Of a stretch of 64,000 bases of DNA, positions 1 through 12,288 are shown one piece after another. Below the pieces are notes generated by a model. The model made no database searches, was not told where the DNA came from, and saw only the letters and a program-made list of their open reading frames with translations. Positions within the stretch are counted from its first letter, which is position 1. Each line of letters starts with the position of its first letter. Both the position numbers and the translations under genes were made by a program. The stretch is taken from the NCBI RefSeq assembly GCF_963853765.1, contig NC_088859.1, positions 50,344,001 to 50,408,000 on the forward strand, read 5' to 3'. Source of the stretch: Magallana gigas (lineage: Eukaryota).

Positions 1-1140
1 TAAAGTTGATATATTTGGGATTTTTCTTTACTTAAGAATAGCTTATGGCTAAGAAAATCATTCCTTTAATTCTCAGGAATATCAAATGTTTTAAAATTTG
101 TTCATTATCCAGACTCCTTTAACTTAGTACTGATAGGAAATTCTATCGTTCAAAATCCTACTGGTGAAAAAAATTCATAAAAAACTCTGCAACATGAATA
201 ATATACATGTGTACTTTGTAGGGACCACAACTCACGTGCCCTCATGGTTTTTTTTAGGTTTCTTTTGTGTTTGTTTTTTTTAGTTTTCTCTTTGCTGTTG
301 TTTTTTGTGATATTAACGCTAATAACATAGATTAATGTCTATATCCATGTGGATGTATTTATTAAATAAATATATGATTATAATTGTCGAACGCAGAAAA
401 TCCAAATCCATTCTTTGAGGAAGGAATTAACATCTGTCATGTGAACTACTTCAAACAGATCAGCTGTTTGTGATTGCGCAATGTTGTCTTGAATTCTCAT
501 GAATTATTCATGACCCACCTCCGTATTTTTCCATTTGATCACAGTTTATGTCTAAGGTTTTATTTCTTCTTAAGATTTTTTTTTGTGACACCGTACACCT
601 TATTGTGATGAATTATATCAACTACACAGGCATTCTAGAACCTGCTTAGATACTCTTGGAGCCTCTTCGTTGTTTATATATAAAGTGTGCTATTTATGTT
701 AAGAAAGTAGATTGTTATACAAATATATTTTTAAGTTCTATAAATGTTAAAACTTTAATGTAAAATATACTAGTATTTATACATGTATTTGGTTTGTTTC
801 CATACTAAAGTTATGTTCTGTTCTGTTCTATGTACTTCAAAATAAAACATTTGAATCTCAAGAATTGATTCTAAAGAGGTGCTTCTTCGTTATTTGAAAT
901 TAAAATGAGAATATACATTTGTATATTCAACGAGTATAAATAGACTCATAATAAATCAAAAAGTAAATTATAAGGTAATATACATGTAGCATTTGAGAAG
1001 GTAGGTAAAAATGTAGATCCATTTAAGAATTATATTAGCTTACTGAAGACTATTTACATTTCATTTATGCTAACGTCGAAGTTGACAAGCAGTTACAACA
1101 GGTATACGCACTCAGGTGGGAAAGGTAAAGCAAATGATGT

Positions 1141-1158
1141 CATTGGCGCGCTATAAAA
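1141..1158 (+). promoter_or_regulatory. Candidate core promoter of Kir-A: inverted CCAAT (ATTGG) followed by TATAAAA
   Basis: cattggcgcgctataaaaaa at 1141-1160, about 70 bp upstream of ATG 1225; spacing is compatible with a short 5' UTR. Confidence 0.45.
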
Positions 1159-1224
1159 AATAACACCAGGAAAAATTCCCTCTAGACACATTCCTGTCGC
1201 GTCGACCTTAACAAGACACCGGGG

Positions 1225-2292
1225 ATGAAATCGTTCAACATGGACAGTTGTGTCCGACCTCGCGCGGATTCCGGCACGGACATGGAGGACGATAAGCGGA
1301 GACTGGTCAGTAAGCAGGGGAACTACCGGGTCCGACTGGAAAACGTGGACACGAACATCCTGAAGAACTACCTCAGGGACGCCTTCACAACGCTTCTGGA
1401 CGCAAAATGGCGCTGGATTTTACTGATCTTCGTAATGGGATTTATTCTGACTTGGACGGTGTTCGCTTGTTTTTATCTGTTGTTTAGTTATATAAATGGG
1501 GATTCTCTAGATACCCTAGATTCGTACGACCACGATCACTGTATCACAAATGTGTATGACTTCACCACAGCTTTCCTCTTCTCTGTGGAGACACAGCACA
1601 CTATAGGCTATGGTTCTCGGGCGTCCACAACCGCCTGCCCCCATGTAGTGCTTTTAGTTTTCCTTCAATTCATCTTCGGGATCGGGGTACAGTGTCTGAC
1701 CGCTGCTCTCGTGTTCACAAAGCTACAAAGATCAAAGAAGCGCGGGGATGCTATAATATTCAGTCAGCAGGCGTGTATGGGGATTGTTGACGGTAAATGG
1801 CAGCTCATGGTAAGGGTGGGGGACTTCAGGCGATCTCATCTTGTGGATGTTAAAGGGGCGGGGAAACTGATCAAGAGAACTCCAATCTCAAACACAAACC
1901 AAGAGTTCCTAGACTTAGTCCCCATCGATTTTAAATCGGAGGGTGGCGGTGACACCCTGACTCTTTTGTGGCCCGCCGTATTGTATCACACAATCGACGA
2001 GAACAGCCCATTATGGCCTCCCGAAAACCTCCACCTGTTCGGGGATTTCTCGGAATTGATTGTGACGATAGAGGGCGTGATAGAGTCGACGAGCCGCGTG
2101 ATACAGGTTCGAACCTCCTACCTTCCCGACGAGATCGTGATGGGGTGTAAGTTCCAGACGATCAATCCGGGCATCGACGAAGACGGCAAGTACCACTGTA
2201 GCTACTTTGACATCAACACCATGTGTCCCGTGATGCAGAATACCCCGCGAGGGAGAAGGAGGGTAGACTACCTTAACGAACAATTCATGTAA
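1225..2292 (+). CDS. Inward-rectifier potassium channel (Kir/KCNJ family), paralogue A, single coding exon, 355 aa
   Basis: Slide helix/M1 (DAFTTLLDAKWRW), pore ETQHTIGYGSR, conserved Cys pair (CITNV...TACP), M2 followed by KLQRSKKR, cytoplasmic motifs RSHLV, LLWP, HTIDENSPLW, RTSYLPDEI. Confidence 0.96.
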   Translation: MKSFNMDSCVRPRADSGTDMEDDKRRLVSKQGNYRVRLENVDTNILKNYLRDAFTTLLDAKWRWILLIFVMGFILTWTVFACFYLLFSYINGDSLDTLDSYDHDHCITNVYDFTTAFLFSVETQHTIGYGSRASTTACPHVVLLVFLQFIFGIGVQCLTAALVFTKLQRSKKRGDAIIFSQQACMGIVDGKWQLMVRVGDFRRSHLVDVKGAGKLIKRTPISNTNQEFLDLVPIDFKSEGGGDTLTLLWPAVLYHTIDENSPLWPPENLHLFGDFSELIVTIEGVIESTSRVIQVRTSYLPDEIVMGCKFQTINPGIDEDGKYHCSYFDINTMCPVMQNTPRGRRRVDYLNEQFM

Positions 2293-2545
2293 TGGGGAAC
2301 ATCTTAAAGGGAGGCGAAGGTTGGACTACCTTAAAGGATCAAATTCGTGAAAAAGGGAATACTAAAGAGACAGACATAGAGTAGGTTACAATTCATGTCG
2401 AGGATAACTTCCAAAAGGGAGGCGGTAGAGTGAACAACCTTAAAGTAACAAATTCATGATCATGTGTTGGAGAACACCCAAAAGCGAGGTGAAAGGTGAA
2501 CTACCTTAAAGTAACAATTTATACTGATGGAACACCAGTAAGGGA
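2251..2545 (+). repeat. Degenerate ~55-65 bp tandem repeat (core gaactaccttaaagtaacaaattcatg) overlapping the Kir-A stop codon
   Basis: gactacctta/gaacaacctta/gaactacctta cores near 2266, 2326, 2432 and 2497, each preceded by a gggag(g/a)-like block. Confidence 0.6.
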
Positions 2546-2553
2546 GACGGGGT

Positions 2554-2661
2554 ACTAGTGATGCTGTATGTACTGTTATATAAAGATAGCATATACTGAT
2601 GCTGACTACTAGTGATGCGGTATGTACTGTTATAAAAGATAGCATATACTGATACTGACTA
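2554..2661 (+). repeat. ~54-bp direct tandem duplication in the Kir-A 3' region
   Basis: actagtgatgc(t/g)gtatgtactgttata..aagatagcatatactgat(g/a)ctgact occurs twice back to back. Confidence 0.75.
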
Positions 2662-5600
2662 GACCTTACCCCAATACACATCCCTGGAGTATGTGTTCGC
2701 TCAGACAGTGCTAGTCATCAATGTCTCCCGGCAGTGTTTACTACAGAAGTGAATCATTGTGATAGAGACATCTTACTTAACAGTCTTATTCTATACAGTG
2801 TCTATATGTGAATACTACAGTACGTGCACTATTAGTTTACCATACACCACTATACTAGTGGTTGTATATACGGGACCGAGTCGCAGTGAGGACGTGTGAC
2901 GTCATGTAGAGGACATCACGCGGACGACCAATCACCGCGCTCATCTCTGTCAGTATTGGACCATTTCCTCATCGATCACAAGTTTTATTGTGGTTGCCTT
3001 ACTGAACTATCAAGAAATCGTATTTTATTTTACGTATATATTTGTGCCAAGTTTTGTTCTCTATCAACTGATATTTTATAAACTTTCAGTATCTAATTGT
3101 TATGTGACAGTTAATGAGTTATTTATTATAAAAAAACCCGCATTAAATCATTACAAAAATATCAAATAAATGAATGAATAAAATGTATTTTTTTCAAACT
3201 TGTATTTATAAAGTTCAGCGTCTCTTCTCCCCGGGATCACCTAGTTGTATAAAGTAAAGGTTAAAAATTTGCATTTAGTCTCAAAGTTGTGTCGTGATAC
3301 ATTACAAATCAGACATAAATTGTTTATGTACCGTGTTTACATATCAAATTTATACAAGTTCCTTGGAAATTTATTATTTTAACAATTATGAGCGGATTAT
3401 TTAATTTAATCTGTCTTTACAGATTTCATTGGCTAGTGCATGAATTTTTGCAAAATGAATTATGCTTCTTATCAGCAAATTTCAAATGATAAATCGAGGA
3501 TATCATGAACTCTATGAATATCCATGTATCCATCTTATCAAGTGTCGTATTCTGTTGCGAGTCAGAAACACTGCATGAAATGCAGTGCAAGGGGAATAAC
3601 TCTTGTGTTCTGCTTCAAAACGGATCATTATTCTGAAGGAGAAAATTACACAATGTTCGATTGGAAGTACTTTTTATTTAATTAATAATATAAAAAAAAA
3701 TAAATAAAAAAACCATGCATGAGATCACCTTTTAAAAAGTATTGAGCAATACAAAGTTTTACAGAACACTTTTAATTTTGACAGCTTGTTATGGAAGGTA
3801 AAATTATTCATTTTTTGTGGAGACAACACCACAGTAAGAAACCCTGCTGACTTTTTGTTGGTATCACGTGACCATAGAACGGGGCGTGGCTCCTCTGGAA
3901 TCCGTTCCACCTTCTCTGATACATTGGTCAGGAGTATTTTCGACGTGGTTGAGTCTGTGATGATAGCTATAAAATAAAGTTATATGTATGCGATTTCTTT
4001 TGAAAGATATCCCAGATATAAAGAAAAAGAATTCCTCAAACATTTACGATCGTTAAATGTGAGAAAAATACCGGTAATTACACTGAATCATTAAGGTGTT
4101 ACAATTAGCGGTGTGCAGGCGCTTACATCGATAAGCTTGAAGTAACTCGACTTCACTTCTACTCCACCCTACCTACTATCTGACAACCTCTCACGGACCC
4201 TGGGTGTATGCTTTATTGTTACATAGTCATGCCTGGCCGTGGAATGAATTTAAATAAAAAGACGCGTAAATCTTAGTAGAGGTCAATAGCAAGATCAGCA
4301 ACCAACGATAAAAGTAACAGGAGTTGATTCCGATAGTTTTTAATAGTATCGCCAGTAGTTGCAAACATATGGTAATTTACACATGTACAACTCTTAATAT
4401 TGTTACATCATCAGTTATAAAGCTATTGATAAATATTGGGAAACCCGGTATTTTAGTCACGCTTATTTTATTTGACGGATGAAAGTGGCCTTCAACATTT
4501 TTTGTTAAATTGAACTCTATTTTAGCTGCTCTATCTGCGGCTGAAGAGGTGTATTAGGATAACGTCTCCTCCTCGTGTAGCTGTTAACAAGCTCACTAGA
4601 CCTTCACGTGAACACTAATCCACCTATCTTTATGGTGTGTGTTGTTTGAGGACTATTTACCCAAATTTAAAACCTCGACAAAGGCACCCCTCTCACTTTC
4701 GCTGCTGTAGTGGGAAAACTGTTATTGTGGGGTTGGAGTTGTGAACGTGAAAATGGGCATATTCGACTTAGAATGCAAAGAAAAAAAAATCTGTCTGTGA
4801 TTGACTAAGGTTTATTTTGTCAGGGATCTGTGCGACTGGTCAAGGGAAATAACTCTCTGGCGGGAGTTAAAGTCCCGTAAAATTTGTGGTGACATAAGGT
4901 TTGACCCACTTTTAAAAACAGCACCCCTCTGTGTCATGGACCAGTTAGCTGGGTAAGTATAAAGTCTAATTTATTGATTATTATGAAGCTTTACTTCTGC
5001 ATTCGTACACATTCCGATAGAAATAACTGATACTGACTGTAATGAATAATTAATTGATCAAAAAGAATTTAAAAGAGTTTACCCTCGAATCTTTGAAAAC
5101 TATTTGATTATGTATTCAATTTGGTACATGTATATGGAATTTGCGTTTGATGTCGTATGAAAACTGTCTGATGATAGAAAAATAGGGAAACTCCCTATGG
5201 ACCTTGATAGGCATTTTCAATTTTCAACTTTTACCTGAATAAACCTGTCAGGTGATTTAAATCACATCTGACTGTATATCAAATCAATTCAATGAGTTCT
5301 TGTTGACAAAAGTGTATTGACCGAGGTGGCCTTGTAATTATGCGTATATCTTTCGAACCGCATGGTTTGCTGGTCTTTATTTTTGTCACTTGCGGAGGGG
5401 GGGGGGGGTAGACTATCAGGGACCAGGGTGACAGGACCGCGTCCCTTACCGTGCTACCGACTTCAGCGTCTCCCAGCGGCCGAGGCCTCGCGCTGTAGAT
5501 GTTTAAATAAGTAGGATTTGCTTTATTGGGACGACACAAGGACAAATGTGAACAATTAAGATTTTACAGGGGGTAATAAAAAATGAAGGTTCTCCTGTTG

Positions 5601-7008
5601 TCTGACAAACATACGTCAAGTCCGGCTAGTTTATGTCAAGAACGGTATTCTAGTACCAAGTGAATCCGCTTGGTCACCATTTAAGGGTTATTTAGAATTT
5701 GTATCCCGTCTTTACTTATCTATGTGATATTCTGTATAGACGTTGAAAAGTCCGCGCTACAGCACATTAGAAAATCGAACGTATCAAAAACTACAGCGAT
5801 CGCCAACTGTCAAGAGAAAAAATGAGAAAAATATAACCTATTCTTGTCTGCAACACAACAATATATAATCAATAAAGCATCTTCATATTTACTTGATCTT
5901 ACACATTGGCTCTTATCTGAATGAGTTTATTTTAGCATTTGCAGCGAGAAGAATTTGTGATCACATGTTTTTTGGGTTTAAACGTATAGAGTAAATACTA
6001 CCAGAAGATTTATAAACATAGGTTTATCTTGATCGGTGCATGGGGAGTAAAAAGCCAATTGATTTCCCCAGAATCCAAGAATAGCGCCCACAGAAGTGTC
6101 TAATTAGCTAGCAAATCTCCTGAACCATCAAAGACATTCAGATTGAAGCGATAGATGTAGAACGGCGCTTATCAATGAAAGCGATCCCAGAGTGGCGGTC
6201 TGTGCTGCAAAGTATTGGAAAACCTCGGAATGGTCCTCGTATTTCACATCAGTCAATGATAATATATTATATATTGTTTCATACATAGTCTGCAGGGACT
6301 TTGCATGTGTTGTTATGTCCTGTTAGATAGCACTTTTCATTAATTAAAGTCGTGAACGCCGAATTCGTAAATCTTATCTCACGTGACAGTTTGACAACAA
6401 ATCTGCGCCAAAGAGAAATAGTTTTTTAAAAGTAGTTTGTCAATATCTATTTGATTTACGATTCCATGAACGTTTAGTTGGAAATCGCCTAGAAGCACGT
6501 GTAAATGTCACTAAGGCGCTTCCCTGCACTGCAGCACCCCTAGGTGGAATACTGACACTATGGGTCTCTGTTTTCCTCACCGCCTCAGCATCTTCAGCCA
6601 CCCAGATAACGGGAAGGGGTAATCCGATGATTGGCGCGTGGGAGGTTTATCGGCGGGACAGGGGACCTCCGCGCATTCTCATCTCGTACTTAGGGCCACG
6701 CTAGCCTCGTTCTCGCGCCTGAATGCACGTAAAACTGGATATTTACGTTATTAGTGTCAAACACCAGCTATTGATTTTGTTTAGGGACACATAAGCACAA
6801 CATAGATTATTTTATACGATACCTTTTTATATCAATTATGTTTATTCTATACGACACACTGACTGCGAAAGATCGGCTATAAACTTTCTATACATGTCGT
6901 TTAAATGCACATGTTAAGCTGTTTACCTATAAAACTGTATGGATTTTCAAATGTTTTGCATCTAATGTTGCTCTGTTTCTTTCCAGACAGATTTAAACAA
7001 GAGACAAA

Positions 7009-8190
7009 ATGACATCAACACCTACAACAGAAGAATTTCGGATCTTAAAACACCAACCTCGTCTTGTTTCCAAGAACTCTATGTACAATATTAAGCATGT
7101 TGGAACTCAAGGAAAAGGAAAGTACCTTATGCATGACTTTTTCACCACAATGGTGGATACAAAGTGGAGATGGAATGTACTTATATTTGTAAGTGGATTT
7201 GTGCTCACGTGGTTATTATTTGCGTTATTTTATTGGCTAGTTTCAAAACTTCATGGTGATTTAAATGACGTAAAAACAACCAGTCTGAGGCCATGTTTTG
7301 AGAACGTCAATTCTTTTACGGCAGCATACTTGTTTTCGATTGAGACGCAGACGACCATTGGGTACGGATTTCGTTACGTCACAGAAGAATGCCCGTACGC
7401 GGTTGTCGGCGTTATACTACAGAACATAGTGGGAGCTGGTTTGCAGGCGGCGCTGGCGGGACTTGTGGTGGCCAAAGTGAGGCGAAGCAAAAAGAGATCA
7501 AACACATTGATGTTCAGTTCCGTGGTCTGCATTGTAGAAGAAGACGGCGTGTATAAACTCGTCATCAGAATCGGGGACATGCGTCGATCACATATAATTG
7601 GTGCGCGCGTGCGCGGTCATCTCTTCAGAACGATGAGATCAAGAGACAGCAGAAATCACCCGGTGATGTGTTTCCCGTTGGAGTTTAATGGAGAGGACGG
7701 GAGTCCGTGGTTGTTTATGGCATGGCCGACCCAGCTGGTACACACGATAAACGATAAGTCGCCGTTCTGGAAGATATCCCGAGACGACTTAGAGAGGGAG
7801 GATTTCGAGCTGGTTGTAATTTTAGACGGTATTGTGTCCACCACAAGCACTATTCTCCAAACACAGACTTCATACATGGCCTGTGACATTCTGTGGGGCC
7901 ATCGGTTTAACACTATGGCCAGCAGATACAACAGCAACGATTCTTTAGTGGTAGACTACTCCAGCTTCAATCGAACCCACCCTGTTGCTATTCCTGAGTG
8001 TAGCGCCTATCAGGTCAGCGTGTTCCGGAAGCTAGGCTACAGCATTATACACAGAGATCCGGAGAACAATAATCCGTCGTATTTTGAAATCAGGAAAACA
8101 AAGGAGGAATCTCCCTCCCAGTCACGCATTCTTCATTACAGACACAATAAGGCAGTTGTCAGCACGCCGAGTCGGTGCGCGAACCTCTAG
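7009..8190 (+). CDS. Inward-rectifier potassium channel (Kir/KCNJ family), paralogue B, single coding exon, 393 aa
   Basis: DFFTTMVDTKWRW, CFENVNSFTAAYLFSIETQTTIGYGFRYVTEECP, AKVRRSKKR, HTINDKSPFW, FELVVILDG; a splice acceptor (ctgtttctttccag, ending 6986) just upstream implies a 5' UTR exon further upstream. Confidence 0.96.
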   Translation: MTSTPTTEEFRILKHQPRLVSKNSMYNIKHVGTQGKGKYLMHDFFTTMVDTKWRWNVLIFVSGFVLTWLLFALFYWLVSKLHGDLNDVKTTSLRPCFENVNSFTAAYLFSIETQTTIGYGFRYVTEECPYAVVGVILQNIVGAGLQAALAGLVVAKVRRSKKRSNTLMFSSVVCIVEEDGVYKLVIRIGDMRRSHIIGARVRGHLFRTMRSRDSRNHPVMCFPLEFNGEDGSPWLFMAWPTQLVHTINDKSPFWKISRDDLEREDFELVVILDGIVSTTSTILQTQTSYMACDILWGHRFNTMASRYNSNDSLVVDYSSFNRTHPVAIPECSAYQVSVFRKLGYSIIHRDPENNNPSYFEIRKTKEESPSQSRILHYRHNKAVVSTPSRCANL

Positions 8191-9549
8191 AGAGTAACCA
8201 CTGAAATACAACACGGCCAGATAATCATGTATATGCAGCAGTTATGATAGTTATATTTATACAAAACCTGAATACTGTTGTTTTTTTTTTATTATTTGCC
8301 GATTTAATGTTTGTACTATGAATTGATATTAAACCATCAAGAACCAGAACTAGTATATGTATGTAGAAAAAGAATTGGTTGTACTAGATTCCGTGTCTCT
8401 TCATGTAAGGACACTTATGGTGAAAAAATGATATATGAAGTTAAAAAAAATGTTAACATATAATAATCACAATATTTATAATATGAAGTGATAGAGCACA
8501 TTTTATGGAAAAAAAAAGTTTTCAGTCACATCAACTTGACAACAAAGTGCAGCAGTACTTTAACCAACATTTTACCTTTCTTGTGCGTGTCTGTGGGTTA
8601 GGGGTTGGGGTCGGAAATAGATAAATTCTTTATATTCAAATTACAGCTCATTCGGGCATCACAAATAAAAAGCATGATTGATGCAATAACAAAAGCAAAG
8701 ATATACTAGTAAATATGATTGCATTAAATACTCTACAGTACATGTTTTTGTGTACTAGTAGGTTAATAAATAAAAACACTTATTATGTATCGATAAGCCA
8801 CAATTGTACGGAAATGATTGCCCACTGTTATAGGTTTAGGGTATTATACACTGAATCCACGAATAGGGTTACACTTTTGTCTGACGTTTTTGTGGTAGAA
8901 GTGATAAGCCTTCTGAAATAATTACATCATCATAATTAATCGATGTCTAAGAGTACATGGTTCCGTGTTTAGAACCGTTTATCCGATCAGGTCGCTCAGA
9001 ATACCAACACTTTCCACGATAGATAACCTCTGTTTGGTCCCGATAATACATGTAATAATAGCACAAATAACCATAACTACTAAACCAGCTCGGAGTTTGA
9101 GTGGGCTGGTACACATCATTAACTTTGTTTTCTACAAACAACAGTTGACGTTTGATGTATTACCCGCTCCATGTAATTAAGTGGGTTATTTACTTTGACG
9201 TGAATTCATATTGTTAGTCAACTTTTTTATAAAATAATATTTGAGGGATTTTAAAAGACCTTTCACTTGACCAAAGGCTCTCATGAAGCTACAAAGTTTG
9301 TTGACAACAAAATAAGTAAGGATCACATGCTTTTTAAGAATATCAACACAAAGTTTACATCGAAGTTGATTGTTTATTTGCTAAAATTCCTATGAATTAT
9401 AAGCAGTTGTAACGTATCTAATAATATATTATGCTACACTATATCTAAGCAGAAGCACGCATGTCACTATTAACGTTAAACAATATTCTAAAAAAAAATA
9501 TCATTGGTATATACACATTTATACATTTTATGAAGTATCATTCATAAAA

Positions 9550-10206
9550 GGCTTGGGGTAAAATGCTGACGATGGACCCTCCGCTTTGGAGGGTCCAAAG
9601 TGGAGGGGGTGGAGCTTGGTGTGTCAATCTTAATTCAGAGTCCGTTTGATCTGTCATTCCATTTTCATCATGCACCTAATAGCTAAAACATATTGGTTGT
9701 TTATTAGAAGTTTAAAAGGGGGGGGGGGGGGGTCCTAACATTTAATGATTTTGCAACTTCAAATGAACTTTATCAGGATACATAAATTAATCTATGTTTG
9801 TGTAACAATTATTCTGAGTCCAGTGAAACTGGGAACAGTTAACTCACCTCAATGTTGAGAGATTTATTTTTTCCCTGAGTAACAAATGTTAATAAATTAA
9901 TAGATCTAAAAGAACATTATCCATTGACTATCATTATTAATTTCAACAATTACACAGATATAAACTCCAATTTTTATATTCATTGTATTTAATGAGCAAA
10001 TTTGAATTAGGGAAGGGGAGTTTTTATGTGCCTGTGTTTAAAAGTCATATAAATAAAACAATGTTGTGGCCCATTCTGTTTCTAATAACATAATTGGAAT
10101 GACAGATCAAACAGACCCTTAATTAAGACTGACACACCAAGCCCCACCCCCTCCACTCTGGACCCTCCAAAATGGAGGGTCCATCGTCAGCATTTTACCC
10201 CAAGCC
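9550..10206. mobile_element. Mutator-like MITE, 657 bp, ~115-bp TIRs, 9-bp TSD TTCATAAAA
   Basis: Left end ggcttggggtaaaatgctgacgatggaccctcc and right end ggagggtccatcgtcagcattttaccccaagcc are reverse complements; ttcataaaa at 9541-9549 and 10207-10215. Confidence 0.9.
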
Positions 10207-10768
10207 TTCATAAAATCGCAGCGAGAAAAAAGTTTGAGTCGCAGGTTCGAATCTCGTTCTGAAGTAAAGAAATCGATCTCCTGGATGTCATAAATCACAG
10301 TAAGCAATGGCAATGACGACTTTGCCAATCCTAATGTGAAGAATTTAGTGCCTTTAATTAAACTAGCCAGATCTACTTTACCGCTTCATATCAAGTAGTC
10401 GGACGTGTAAATTAATAACTGACAAGGGTTGTTATAAATGAAGCATTGATTTCCAGACCAGGGTAAGAGTTCCCGGCTTACAATAATTAGGTTCCTGTCC
10501 CCTGAATTAACACGAGTACGGAATGCCTTGGTCTGGCTTTAATTGACAGTTCATAAAGTGAAAGTTTCTAAAGCTGTGTAGTTCACCACAAAAGAAGCTA
10601 ATTTACGGTTATTTAAAATAGAGATACATGTTTTTCCATCTCTGATGGGTTTGAATTTTGCTTCACCTTGATTTGTAAACTTTAGACAGAATTAATTGAG
10701 CTGCTATGTAAACACAGGCGGGGAATCCCTATACATCAAACCCGACAAAACGGAGGCAGGCCAGCCGT

Positions 10769-12288
10769 GGCAATCGGTTTTTAGAACGCAGTTCGCAGTT
10801 CGCAGTTCGCAATTGAATAGTGAACTGCGTTCTACAGAACGCAGTTCGCAATTCAAAATTTAGTGCGATTGAATAGTGAACTGCGTTCTATAGAACGCAG
10901 TTCGCAATTCAAAATTTAGAATTCATATTTGGGGCCCGCTTGCCTTATATGCAATTGAATAGTGAACTGCGTTCTATAGAACGCAGTTCGCAATTCAAAA
11001 TTTAGAATTCATACTTGCCTTATATACACTTGCCTTATATACAATTGAATAGTGAACTGCGTTCTATAGAACGCAGTTCGCAATTCAAAATTTAGAATTC
11101 ATACTTGGGGCCCGCTTGCCTTATATGCAATTGAATAGTGAACTGCGTTCTATAGAACGCAGTTCGCAATTCAAAATTTAGAATTCATACTAGGGGCCCG
11201 CTTGCCTTATATGCAATTGAATAGTGAACTGCGTTCTATAGAAAGCAGTTCGCAATTCAAAATTTAGAATTCATACTTGGGGCCCGCTTGCCTTATATGC
11301 AATTGAATAGTGAACTGCGTTCTATAGAACGCAGTTCGCAATTCAAAATTTAGAATTCATATTTGGGGCCCGCTTGCCTTATATGCAATTGAATAGTGAA
11401 CTGCGTTCTATAGAACGCAGTTCGCAATTCAAAATTTAAGGCAAGCGGGCCCCAAGTATGAATTCTAAATTTTGAATTGCGAACTGCGTTCTATAGAACG
11501 CAGTTCACTATTCAATTGCATATTAGACAAGCGGGCCCTAAGTATGAATTCTTAATTTTGAATTGCGAACTGCGTTCTATAGAACGCAGTTCACTATTCA
11601 ATTGCATATAAGGCAAGCGGGCCCCAAGTATGAATTCTAAATTTTGAATTGCGAACTGCGTTCTATAGAACGCAGTTCACTATTCAATTGCATATAAGGC
11701 AAGCGGGCCCCAAATATGAATTGTAAATTTTGAATTGCGAACTGCGTTCTATAGAACGCAGTTCACTATTCAATTGCATATAAGGCAAGCGGGCCCCAAG
11801 TATGAATTCTAAATTTTGAATTGCGAACTGCGTTCTATAGAACGCAGTTCACTATTCAATTGCATATAAGGCAAGCGGGCCCCAAGTATGAATTCTAAAT
11901 TTTGAATTGCGAACTGCGTTCTATAGAACGCAGTTCACTATTCAATTGCATATAAGGCAAGCGGGCCCCAAGTATGAATTGTAAATTTTGAATTGCGAAC
12001 TGCGTTCTATAGAACGCAGTTCACTATTCAATTGCATATAAGGCAAGCGGGCCCCAAGTATGAATTGTAAATTTTGAATTGCGAACTGCGTTCTATAGAA
12101 CGCAGTTCACTATTCAATTGCATATAAGGCAAGCGGGCCCCAAGTATGAATTCTAAATTTTGAATTGCGAACTGCGTTCTATAGCACTAAATTTTGAATT
12201 GCGAACTGCGTTCTATAGAACGCAGTTCACTATTCAATTGCGAACTGCGAACTGCGAACTGCGAACTGCGTTCTAAAAACCGATTGCC
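10769..12288. mobile_element. Foldback (FB/MULE-like) element: ~1.5-kb palindrome of 86-bp tandem units, 9-bp TSD GCCAGCCGT
   Basis: Ends ggcaatcggtttttagaacgcagttc / gaactgcgttctaaaaaccgattgcc; gccagccgt at 10760-10768 and 12289-12297; 86-bp period (11127, 11213, 11299); orientation flips near 11438. Confidence 0.92.

Noticed and set aside
1225-8190. A single two-pore-domain channel gene joining both Kir ORFs
   Set aside because: Each ORF is a complete Kir subunit with its own start, stop and 3' AATAAA.
10769-12288. CRISPR-like array of palindromic repeats
   Set aside because: No unique spacers, eukaryotic context, no cas genes; bounded by TIRs and a 9-bp TSD.
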